Assembly (NCBI GenBank): GCA_030141605.1
Contig: JAQGDQ010000166.1
Span: 228,661-292,660 of the forward strand
From: Tubiluchus corallicola
Lineage: Eukaryota > Animalia > Priapulida
DNA: 64,000 bases
Reading direction: 5' to 3'
This document shows positions 45,568-58,400 of this stretch, in pieces. Made by a program: the position numbers and the translations under genes. A model generated the notes under the pieces. It was given only the letters and a program-made list of their open reading frames with translations, ran no database searches and was not told the DNA's origin. Each line of letters opens with the position of its first letter. Position 1 is the stretch's first letter.

Positions 45568-46625
45568 AACTGTAATTGTGCAGTATTCGCAGTAGTAACA
45601 TTAAAAACTGTAATTGTGCAATATTTGCAGCAGTAACATTAAAACTGTAATTGTGCAATATTCGCAGTAGTAACATTTAAACTGTAATTGTGCAATATTC
45701 GCAGTAACATTAAAACTGTAATTGTGCAATATTCGCAGTAGTAACATTAGAACTGCAATTATGAAGTATTCGCAGCAGTAACATTAAAACTGTAATTATG
45801 CAATATTCGCAGCAGTAACATTAAAACTGTAATTATTCAGCATTCGCAGCAGTAACATTAAAACTGTAATTATGAAGTATTCGCAGCAATAAAATTAAAA
45901 CTGTAATTATGCAATATTCACAGCAGTAACATTAAACTGTAATTATGCAGCATTTGCAGCAGTAACATTAAAACTGTAATTATGCAGCATTCGCAGCAGT
46001 AACATTAAAACTGTAATTATGCAGCATTCGCAGCAGAAACAGTAAATGCAGCATTCGCAACAGTAACATTAAACTGTATTTATGCAGCATTCGCAGCAGT
46101 AACATTAAAACTGTAATTATGCAGCAGTAACAGTAAAACTGTAATTATGCAGCATTCGCAGCAGTAACATTAAAACTGTAATTATGCAATATTCGCAGCA
46201 GTAACATTAATATTCGCAGCAGTAACATTAAAACTGTAATTATGCAATATTCGCAGCAGTAACATTAAAACTGTAATTATGCAATATTCGCAGTAGTAAC
46301 ATTAAAACTGTAATTATGCAATATTCGCAGTAGTAACATTAAAACTGTAATTATGCAATATTCACAGTAGTAACATTAAAACTGTATGCAGTCTTCGCAG
46401 CAGTAACATTAAAACTGTAATTATGCAATATTCACAGTAGTAACATTAAAACTGTATGCAGTCTTCGCAGCAGTAACATTAAAACTGTAATTATGCAATA
46501 TTCACAGTAGTAACATTAAAACTGTATGCAGTCTTCGCAGCAGTAACATTAAAACTGTAATTATGCAATATTCACAGTAGTAACATTAAAACTGTATGCA
46601 GTCTTTGCAGCAGTAACATTAAAAC
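45568..46625. repeat. ~37-bp minisatellite between the mael and MEGF-like 3' ends
   Basis: aaactgtaattatgcaatattcgcagcagtaacatta units. Confidence 0.92.
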
Positions 46626-47171
46626 ATGCGAATATGTAACGCTCGCATCACACGGTGTAATAACTTCAAATTCCAAAAATACAGGAAATGAGATATACGA
46701 AATCTATTTACATTTATTACTGTCCAATCTCGAAAGGGGGGTGGGGTCTACATGATACTTTTCACATCTTAAAAGCAACAAATTTGATTGTAAATTCACT
46801 AAATTCAAACAACGGGTCTTCGACTGTGCCTTGACAAACAACCATTTAAAATCACTAACATAAAACTGCCAAGATGTTCGTTTAAAATGTAAAAGTGTAC
46901 AAAGTTTAAAAATTATACAGTAAAAAAGTTTTAAAAAATTATGCCACGTAAAATTATTATAAATTACTCAGTTTGCTGCACGACGTCTTGTACATTGTAA
47001 CATTCACAATACCATGATGATAAAACCATTAGCTGTTTAAGAAAATCGCATAGTACACAATAATTAAATAATTACGCTCTAGTCATATATATAAAATACA
47101 GAAGCTTAACAAAAGGTAAAATACAGAAGCTTAACTTGATTATAAACGGTGCATTAAGGGGGACCAGGAAG

Positions 47172-47733
47172 CAGTGGCAGCTCGTAGAAAAATTACAGGG
47201 GGTGCTGCTTCAGAAAAAATTTTAACCATTGTTTTTATATTGTGTAAACCGAAACAAACATACGTAATTTTGATGTTGTAATTTGTAATTCTAGTTTTAA
47301 ACAAAGAAACATATAAAAGTTTATACATAAACTTAATAAAATCCTAAACAAAATTTTTTTTGCTTACGAATAGCCGAAACTGTGTGAATGACATTACTTT
47401 TCTGCCTAGGCCCAGACATGTGCACATGCCCGCATGCACACAACAGCCAAACCTAAACAAAAATGTTTTTGCTTACGAATAGCCAAAACTGTGTGAGTGA
47501 CAGTACTTTTTCTAGCTAGGCTCAGACATGTGCACATGGCCGCATGTGCACGACAGCCAAACACACCACTGGGCTGTGAAGCAAACGGTACTACCCTCAC
47601 ATGCTCTTGTTCCGTACAAGTATAAAGAAAGAACTTGAGAAAAACGACATTTTATATTGAATATTATTGATAATATCGAGTGAAAATAGGGTGTGCTGCA
47701 CTTTCACAGCAGCCTACACAAGAGCTGCCACTG
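47172..47733. mobile_element. hAT-like MITE 83 bp downstream of the MEGF-like stop codon
   Basis: TIR CAGTGGCAGCTC...GAGCTGCCACTG; degenerate 8-bp TSD ccaggaag/ctagaaag. Confidence 0.75.
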
Positions 47734-47815
47734 CTAGAAAGGCTTGAAATGTGCAATTCAAGCACGCAATATCACGGTACTTTCAGAAATAACTTACTAC
47801 ACAAATGCACAAAGA

Positions 47816-49482
47816 TCACATACGCGTAACTGATGATTTGAAACTTCGAGGCGTATCGTACAATTCACCACTCAGCGAAGTCAATGAATTTTCATAGATC
47901 CCATACGAATCGTTGGGATTAGAAAACATATCTGCAGCGTTCGGTTCGTCATGAATGTTATGGTTAACGCCACTATCACAAAGCTGCGTATTTTCCGGGA
48001 TATTTTCTAATTGAGATTTTTGTTGAATGTCGCCATTAGTCCTACCGTCCGAGCTCGAATCACCGTCAAAATTGCTGGAAGAATCACCCGCCATTGCATC
48101 AGTGAGAAAGGACGTTCTGGGAATATCGTAAACGCTATCGTCCGACGCGGTCGAAATGCGATTACCGGATGCGTCCGGGTTTTCCGGGGTTTTACTCCGT
48201 TCCTTGTCCGGAATTCGCGGCGGCGGATACTTTCCAGTCAGTTGACCTTCCGTTAAACTATTCATTGACCTGGTTGAAATTCTGGATCTTGGCGATTGGG
48301 ATCCACTGCCGGAACTACTTTGCGAAAATCTACTTGCATCCGATCTATCGCTCACACTAGATAGCAGCGAGATGGGTCTTCCGATATTGTCCGAAATTTC
48401 CGAGTAAATGTTCGACTGCGGCCTTAGGTTGTCATCTTCGGCATTCGAATTTAAATATTCATCAGGTCTAGGAGGGAGGGGACTATTAGGGGGGCTGCGC
48501 TGTACACGGCGGGGTTTACTGGATGTCTTGGGACTAGTCGGTTTACCGGGAACTAGCTTTCGTGGACGAGGTCGCGGGACGGAAGACTGTTTTCCCGAAT
48601 GCTGATCGACATCGCTTATCTCGTGTTTCGGAATCTCTTTTCTCGGGCGAGGAAGAGGCGGTTTCCTTCTAGGTTTTTGTTCGTTTACCGCTATGTATTC
48701 GTAGGTGCTAGATGGCTGCAGCGGTACGTCTTCGTTGTCGGAGCCGTCAAAAAACGTACTTTTGCCGACGGAAACCGTTTTTGCCGCATCACGTCTGGGA
48801 ACCGGTTCTTCGGGTAAGTCAAGCTCACAGTACTCGTTCTCCAATACAGATGGAGGATTATTTCCATCTGTCAATGAATCGTGCAATCTTGACGGTGAAC
48901 TTACCGGCTCGCTAGCATCAGAGTTCGAACGCACAGATGATGCGGTATCGATACCGCTGCTCAACCGCCCGTATATGCTTGGCGGGGACGATGGAACCTC
49001 CGCAGCTGGACGAGTGAACTTACGCGAACGGTCGATTGTATCGTACTGACCGCCACTCGCCGACAATTCCACATCATCCGGGTAATCCTCGGAATTTTTC
49101 GTCTCTTCTTCGATATCGGCGTACACCACATCCTGCGTGGGCTCGTTTCTGGCGACAACGATCAAATCTTCGCCTTTATCTCCAACAGCACTGCGCACAT
49201 TATTCAAGTTCGAATTACAGCACTGTACCGTAAGACCTTCCGGTTCTTCTTGAGGAGCTATGTATTCGTACACGTTATCAGATGTTGGAGAATCATTTCC
49301 TTCCGTTGGTGGTAAATCGGCACCCGCGTCCGCGAGCGGATTATTAACCATCACAGGAGCGTTAATGTCCACTCTCGTGAGAGGCGTCTGCTCCGTAGAA
49401 TCGCTGTCACTTTCCACTGGACTGCCGGTACTTTTTGACGAAGAATGGTAATAAATCGGATTCATCCCGGAAGCGGCTGTTC
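47816..49482 (-). CDS. MEGF-like terminal exon, long disordered Ser/Pro/Tyr-motif cytoplasmic tail
   Basis: ttttacag acceptor at 49483-49490 in phase with the 549-aa ORF; GC-rich coding-like composition. Confidence 0.88.
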
Positions 49483-52400
49483 CTGTAAAAGCAACCGTGA
49501 CAGATTAGAAGATGTTATAATGATCACCGTTTTGTTCACGGAACTAAATTCAGGACTTTGCTCGGTCAGCATGGCAATGTACTCGTACATGTGACTGAAT
49601 CACGTGCATAAACAAAGGTCTATAAAACCGTCTAAAGTTTACACTAGATGCTAAAGTACAAAAACATGTATGCTCATGTATTATTTATACATCTTGCTAC
49701 AAGCGAGCTAATCTTAAATATGAAATAAATGCAATGAAAAGTGCTACTTGGTTACATACCAGAGAACTGGAATCTTTATCTTAATCTTACTGTAATTACA
49801 AATAGATGACAACTGTATTAAATCATGTACTGTGCAACATACATTATTTACTTAATTTATGTAATTTGACACAAGAAAAGAGGCACCTGAAGTAGATTTC
49901 AGAAAAACTGCCTTAAAAATTTTATTACTTTATAGCAATTTTATGCGTGTATCGTATTCGCGTTGGAAAGATTTTTTGTTTGCTTTCATTTTAAATCTCC
50001 CGCAATACTGTTCCGAAGTCACCATTATATGACTTCATGTACCAAACGTAAATCAAGGGAAGAAAAGGAAATGTTAAATTATATCTCAAAAGACTTTAAA
50101 GCAAATCTATATTACTAACATTTTCGCTTACCTGCTAGAAAGATTTATGTAACTAGAAAAGAAAATTATTAATTATTTAAAATGTTTTCACCAATGGGTA
50201 AAATGTCGCTGACTCACCCTCCAGGGAGCGCCACTCACTAACCAAAAACTTATTTTTAATCTTATTGACAAGATAGAGTAATTTAAAATTTTACTTAGCT
50301 AGTGACTTGTGCACTACGAATGCTCTGATTATTTTTTCCAACTTTACACAATGTTAAATAAACTTGTTTCAAATGACTTATCATCAAAGGCTGCGTCTAA
50401 CGGTCATCGCGGAAATTTACATGCTTTATGCAGCGTTCCTGTCGATGCAAGCCCTGCATGCAACAAGGCAGTACGTAAGTGGTATAAAATTCCAAGACGA
50501 ATTTTTTATGCTTTATGTAAGTGAGAGGTTTTCTTGTGCTTTAAAGGAAGACAGGATGGTTTTTCATATAACTACCCAACTTTCAAATGCGGTAAAAAGT
50601 ATACATCTTAACTCCAATAATACGGCGAAAGTGTTTTGATAAAGAATAGACTAAAATCTTAATTAACGGCAGGCAAGCCCAACTATTGATGACATCACAA
50701 ACTAACATAATTTTCAACAACAAAAATATTCCATGAGCGTGTTGCACGTGTTCGCGAAAGAGAAAATTGAAGTTCAGTGCTACAGTAAGATATTCAGTGT
50801 GTTGTACTAAAGCAAGGCAAGTTTTAAGGTAAAAATTTAAATTTAAATTTTATCGCTGTGCTTACGCGTGAGCTGTTGAACGAGTGTAGTTCATCACAAA
50901 CTAACACATTTGAACTGAGAGGTACAGCAGCTGTAGGTGCAACGTTTTGCGAAATGCAGGCGCTAGTGCCCGTCTAACTAGCGAATGGCGAAATGCATGT
51001 AACAGCGAAGAACTAATGGCGCGAACGTGAAATTGTGTTTGTGAGGAAATAATTCTTCCACGTAAGTCATTTTTGAAAAATAGTGTTTCCTTTCAATATT
51101 TTAAAGAATAAATTGTTTTGACCTACAGTTTAGGGTTGCTCTGGCTTTCCTTTACATAGTGCACTGCAATTGACTCATAGAAGCCGTTTATTGATAAAAA
51201 CAGAAATCCCTTAGTAGAAGCTGAATAACGATGCAGCCTAAACTATTATTAAGTTTTCTAAAAACATCAAATTTGTGTAAACCGAAGCACACAAGTTATC
51301 AATTATAATCATTATATAAAACAGATACGTGTGCTTGCAAACCAAAATCGTCCATAAATCGGTATAGTTAAAACTACATTATGATGCCTCAACGTAGAAT
51401 GACCAAAAATTCAGTCAAATGTCAATTTTTGTTTTTTTATAAACACAAATGGTAAATAAACGGCCTTTTATATTAAAAAAACATTGAAAATTCAATTTTA
51501 TAACCTCCCAACCACTTTTCTGGCTAGAAACTAGTACTGCAATTGTATTTTCAACTCCGATGATAGCTCCTGGAAGCTGTCATTTTGCTTCAGGTTTTTT
51601 CTATTGCCAAGCCCAGAGATCTTTGTCAGGAAGAGCCATCTACCGGATTTAAACATAACTACAATGTGCTCTTGGAATGTCTGTAGCAACCAACATTTGT
51701 ACGGTTCTAAGTGTTTTGTAGAGACGGGACAAAAAACAATGGCTGACTTTAACAGTGATTTTCTCAAGATTATGTTTTTCAGCTTGCAGCCTGCACCTCA
51801 ACTTCAACGTGGATTATCTCAGCTTAGAAATAACATAGAGTGATGAACAGGGTATCAAAATGATCCTCATGAAATGGAGATTCAGGACGTGTAAATAACT
51901 AGAAAAGCTTAATTGCCGACTTATGGACGATTTTGCTACACATGCATTTATATCAATTATAATAATTATATAAAACAGATGAGTTTCTAAATAAAAAAAA
52001 TCACTGCATTTATGTGTGGTTAACACTCTTAATTCTTTACTGTGCTTGACGTTATGCCTTGTTATGCTTTGAATTGCATTTCTGTGTTGAGCTGATTTTT
52101 GTTGCTTTTGCCTTTTATATATACATATACATACATATACATATACATAAAGCCTGTAAGTAAACTTGTATTTTTAATAAGGGGCAGCTGACCAAGTGAC
52201 TAATAGGTCTTTCGCTGCTCCTTTTCAGCTGCAATGAACTGTAAAAATAATTATGACGAATTTTAACTGCTATTGAGAAAATAAAAAAAATTGAATTGAA
52301 TTTACCTGTACGTGTTGTGCTGGAAGAACTTCAATTGTTCACAATCTTAATTTTTTACCTGTATGTGTTGTGCTGGAAGAACTTCGATTGTTCACAATCT

Positions 52401-55400
52401 TAATTTTTTACCTGTACGTGTTGTGCTGGAAGAACTTCGATTGTTCACAATCCTATTTTGGTCGTAATTGGGATTTTGAAAGTTATACTCCGCCTCCGTG
52501 GGTCTCCTGTACGTTCGTGGCGGAGGTCTTCGCGGCGGACTGGACGAATTACCGACATAGTGAACATCTCCATTGTGGACACAGCGAGTCTTCAGTTCAA
52601 TATCAGCACCAGATCTGTAAATAATTTGACACGATGACCAAACTAACTAGATCATGTGATGCAGAATAAGAGTTTTCACAGTTTCAGTGATTGATGATGA
52701 TCGTGAAAAGGTCAAAGGTTAAGTGTACCAGACAACGCATTTGTGCACACATGACGATGTCTGTCTGAATAAACCTTTTCGCAGTTCCAGCAATTGATGA
52801 GGATCATGAAAAGGTTAAGTGCACCAGTCAACACGTTTGTGTACACTTGACAACGCCTCGCAGCACATGCTGTTGTAATAGTAACAGTTTTAACAGCTAG
52901 CTAGAACCTTACCTAGTTCATATTCTCTTGTTCCCAAGCAAGATTCAAAACAAATGAAACAACTGAACTGATGTGAGAGACAGCTTTGCTTTACCAACAC
53001 GTCATGTGCGGTTGCTGTTAAAACGCACAGCTGTGGTACACTTAACTTTTACCCTACAGCAACTGCAAGTGCGCCCAACGAAACTGTGAAAAGGCTTAAT
53101 GGAGACATTAATAATAATGCAGCAGCTTGAAATTACATAACTTAGTTTAAACACCAGCATAAATTTGATCAAGTTTTTCTTGCACACATGTGTGAAAGCA
53201 GCTTAATCAGCACAACACATTTGCTCACGTGGCAGTTACTCAGCATGTTATCATTAGACAAATGCTTTTTCCTGAAATGTTTACACAATCATGCATACCT
53301 CTGCTTGCGACGCCATCGCACAACAAGCACTGCTAATAAGATAAGCAAGAAAAACACGACTCCTACAACGCAACCAATCAGGATGGGCAAAAAATCGCTT
53401 CCTTCGTTGTCTGCCCCTGCGACGAGTTCTGCCACCTCGCAAGTGTCTCCTTCCCAACCTGCCGTGCAGTTGCACCAGCCGGTCACTGGATGGCACTGTG
53501 CACCATTTTTACACCTACATGCAAAGGCACAATCCGGGCCATATCTTCCAGCTGGACATTCTGAAAATTTCAGACTAAAATGAGAAATGTGTAGAACTGT
53601 TATAACAATGCAAAAATTTTTCATCATATATTTACTATGCCAGATTATTAATATCCTGCTATTTGATCTTATAATAAATTATACAGTAGGTTGATATGAA
53701 GAAGTAAAATACAGGTGAGCTTTATTTATATATTTAAGTCACATGCTTACTAAGTGATCTCTGAAAGCCAACTGACCAGGTAAGTTTTTTTCCATGAAGC
53801 AAGGAAGCCAGCAATTCAATGAAGGTAAATGTTATTCATACTAGTTCAAGGTGAAAGTTTAGACTGTATATAAGAAATAGACTTATTTTATAGCTGAAAT
53901 TTCTTAATGTTTTAATGTTTTTTAATGTTTTAACAAGAGAATGTAATAATATGACTAATGATCATAATTAAGAACTAATAATTAATAAAAATAAGATAAA
54001 GAAATTGTGAGCTTCACGACAGCTGATACCTCAGCTTACATATCTGGATTGAAGCCGTGAGACTATACAAAAGCAACATAGCAAACACAGCAGTCGCCGC
54101 TTAATAGACTCGCGGTTAATAGACTCAATCGCTTAATTGACTCAAAACAGCCTGGTACTGGCCGCTTCTACTCAAATGTACATAAAAACTGTCAGTAATT
54201 GACTTAAATAACTTAGCTTAATTGACCCAAAAACACCTGAAACGGGCCGCTTCTATTCAAATGTACCTAAAACTATCGGTAATTGACTCACATAAATTCA
54301 CTTAATTGACTATTTTTCCTACTTAAAACAAGACATTTGTTTGTATCCAAACAGCCTTTCCTACTTTTATGTCATCTTTACTTCCCTTTTGTGCATTATG
54401 TATGTAGAAACAATCATGTTAAGTACCGTTTTGTTTGTAAACAGGTACGCTTATCATGCGCTAATACACTAGTGTAGCGGTTTTGCTTTGAATCTGTTAC
54501 CTGCTCGCCCAATGCAAATAACCTTGCTACCCAAAGAATTTCTGGAAGCTAAACATTTAATCACTTGCTTAGCGGTTTCCTTTTGATGCTCTAGTTGCAA
54601 ATCACGCTTTCAGGCTTAATGAGTTAATAGTAAAAGATGCGCGTACAGTATAATCAGCTGGTATTCGTTGAGACTTACAAGAGTAAACATCGTACAGCAA
54701 GTAAGAGCATAGAGTTAAGAAGTTTGAAAAATGGAGCATAAGCATAAAAATCTAACAGTTAAGGAGAAACTGAAAATTTTAGCTCAGTACGATCTAGAAA
54801 AGTATACTTTTTAATTTACTGTTAATTCACTTATATAAATTAATATTTTAAAATATTTTTTTTCTAATTTATAACTGCACAAAGGAATTTAGGGATTACT
54901 TCGTTTCTAAAATTCATTAAAAACCTTTGCAGTGCATATTTATCTGATGAATCATACTTCTATACCTGTAATAGGACACCCATCGGTTAATAGATTTAGT
55001 CGGTTAATTGGGTCAAAACACTTCAGTCCCAAAGTGAGTCTATTAAGCGGCGCCTACTGTATCATAATTCAATTTTAACGAAATAGTTCAATGTTGATTC
55101 TAATATCATAAGCACTGCTTGATAAAATGCGATATTACAACGTACAATTTCGCATTATTTGAGACATCCCCGTATTCTCGGAAAAATTTAATCTAACACA
55201 TTTGAATATAACCCGAAGCACAATCGGAAAAAGAGAATGCTATACATGGGCTTGTATAGCAAAATGCAAGACTCACAGAAACCATTTATTAATAAAAATC
55301 AACAGAAATCCCTTAACACAGGCTGAATAACGATGCAGTCTAAACTATTATTAACTTTTCTAAAAACAGTGAATTTGTGTAAACTGAACTAAATTATCAA

Positions 55401-58400
55401 TTATAATAATTATATAAAACATATATGTGTGCTTGCAAACCAAAATCGTCCATAAGTCGGCATAGTTAAAACTACGTTATGATGCTTCAAAGTAGAATGC
55501 ATTAAAAATTGGGTCGAATGTCAATTTTTTGTTTTTTTTTTTCTAAAAATAAATGCCAGATATATTGGACTTTTATATTCTAGCATCAAACTAACAGGAA
55601 AATGACCAAAAAATACTAGAAATTTAATTTGATAACCCTGGGCTCATGGAACCAGTCATTTTGCTTTGGGTTTTCTCTGTTGTCCAGCCCAGATCTTCGT
55701 CAGGAAGAGCCATCTCCTGGATTTAAACATAATTTCAATATGTTCTTACACAGTCCTTAGCAACCAACATTTGTGCGGTTGCTAAGTGTTTTGTAAAGAC
55801 ACAACAAAAAAACAATGGCTAACTTTAACAGTGATTTTCGATTCAAGATTAAGTTTTTCAGTGTGCAGCCTGCACCTCAACTTCAACGTGGATTATCTCA
55901 GCTTAGAAATAACACAGAGTGATGAACTTGGTATCAGAATGATCCTCATGAAATGGAGATTCAGGATATGTGAACAACTAGAAAAACTTAATTGTCGACT
56001 TATGCATGACTTTGCTATGCAATCACTCACATACTATTAGCGAATATTCTGTAATGCAAGAGAATCATCACGAATAAAAACATTTTGGTTATACCTTCAT
56101 TGCAAATTTTCCCGGTCCAACCCGGTTCACACGTGCAGCTACCGTCAACGGGATCGCACACGGCTGAATTCGCACACTCACACGACAAGCTGCACTGTTT
56201 TCCGTATGCACCAGGCCAGCAACCTAAAATGTGGTTTTTATTCAGCTTTGTCATCCTAATGCACTTTTCTTGTTACAATAATTCGTCACAAAGAATGCAG
56301 TTGAGAAACTCTCTGACAAGCTGTTTTTGTGTGAAAATATTTATATGATTCGCATGTTCGTGCTCATCTCTGCTCTGCAGCGGGTTTAAGCTATCGCAAA
56401 TGCAGTTTGCTAAACTGAGGGGGGGGGGGGAAATCTATGTCAACAATTTGAGAAAATGCATTCACTAAGAGTATACCATGAATGCAAAACAGATAACAAT
56501 TATAAAGCAGCTAAGATGCTGCTACTACAGTATAATCTGCTCATAACAAGTTTCAAGAGACAGTCAAAATTTGCTTGCTATAACCGAGTCTCGTTGTAGC
56601 CGAGGTCAATTACCTGAGTTTCAAGGGACCGTCAAAATTTGCTCGCTATAACCGAGTCTTGTTGTAGCCGAGGTCAATTATTTGAGTTTCAAGGGACTGT
56701 CAAAATTTGCTTGCTGTAACCGAGTCTCGTTAGAGCCAAGGTCAATTATCTGAGTTTCAAGGGACCGTTAAAGTTTGCTCGCTGTAACCGAGTCTCGTTA
56801 TAGTCGAGGTCAATTATCTGAGTCAAGGGACTGTCAAAATTTGCTCGCTGTAACCGAGTCTCGTTATAGTCGAGGTCAATTATCTGAGTTTCAAGGGACC
56901 GTCAAAATGTGCTCGCTATAACCGAGTCTCGTTGTAGCCGAAGTCAATTATCCGAGTTTCAAGGGACTGTCAAAATTTGCTTGCTGTAACCGAGTCTCAT
57001 TATAGCCAAGGTCAATTATCAGAGTTTCAAGGGACCGTCAAAATTTGCTCGGTATAACCGAGTCTCGTTATAACCAAGATTGTGGTTAGTGTCAAACCCA
57101 AAACTTTGTTAGTTGTGTTTTTTTGAAGAAAAGGTCTGCATTTGTACGGTTTAGATAATGGTACCTACTCTCATTACAATTCTTTCCAAAATAACCATCA
57201 GGACATATGCACGCCCCAACCAGCCGATCGCAAAACGCAGATCCACAATCACACGTGAAGTCGCAGTTTGCACCATAGTAGCCTAGACCACATTCTAGAA
57301 AGACATTAACACAATATTAGATTACTAATTCACTAACTAAAGACAAATAAGCCTTTTCACAGTTCTAGCGATTGATGACGATCGTGAAAATGTCAAAATA
57401 TAAGTATACCAGTCAACACGTTTGTGTACACTTGACAACGTCTCGCAGCCCTTGCTGTTGTAATAGTAACAGTTTTAACATCTAGCTAGAATCTTACCTA
57501 GTTCATTTTTTCTTGTTCCCAAGCAAGATCCTGCTAGTAAATCACTCTACGTACTGACTGTGCATAATTAAGCAAAACAACCGAAGCTACTGAACTGATG
57601 CAGCAGACGGCCTTGCTTTACACACATGTCACGTGACGGTTGTAGTTAAAACGCGTTGCAGTGGTACACTTAACCTTTCACCTATAGCAACTTCGGGTGT
57701 GCACAACAAAACCATGAAAAGGCTTATTTGGCAGTTACGGATTAGTTCAATGAAATTAAATTTTGCTATAATGCAAAACTCTGCTAACTGTAACTAATGT
57801 TTCCAATTCAGATTTCTATAACACTCCAGCTATTGTGCTATTGAAAAAAAGGTTTTGGTACAGGCGGTTTAACCCTTTCACTACGGAAGGCGGCACACTG
57901 CTGTCCAAGCACAGCACTAAGTGCAATCGCCCAGGTCTGTTTATTTCACTGCTGTGGTCATGCAAAACGCTGTAGAAAAGTTTAACAGCCGTGGGATTGG
58001 GGTTGTTTTGCAACAAGTAATGCTAAACAGCTATCAGCATCTGAAGCCAGGTGCATTCCACATTACTGTAATGTATGGTACGTTCTCACGCAAAATTGCT
58101 TGTTGGTAGTTGGTGAAACGTGTTTAGTCACTTGTTCTGCGTTCTTATAAAATGATTGCGTATTATGGATTAGTAATATGACATTTGTGAAAATTGGCTT
58201 CTAAACATAAGTACGTGCTTATTTATGTGGGTGTGCGCGTGCATGCTTGCATGAGGGCATATGTGTGCACGGATGTGTGTGCATGTGTATAAATAAAACT
58301 ACTATTCAATATTAGTGTTTAATAACAGACTAGTTGTTTATGTACAAGATTTAAGTTTTGTAACACACCACAAGAAGTTATTGTCAAATATGCAAAAGTC

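Noticed and set aside
48011-49451. Several plus-strand ORFs overlapping the large exon
   Set aside because: Shadow ORFs of a GC-rich coding exon on the opposite strand.
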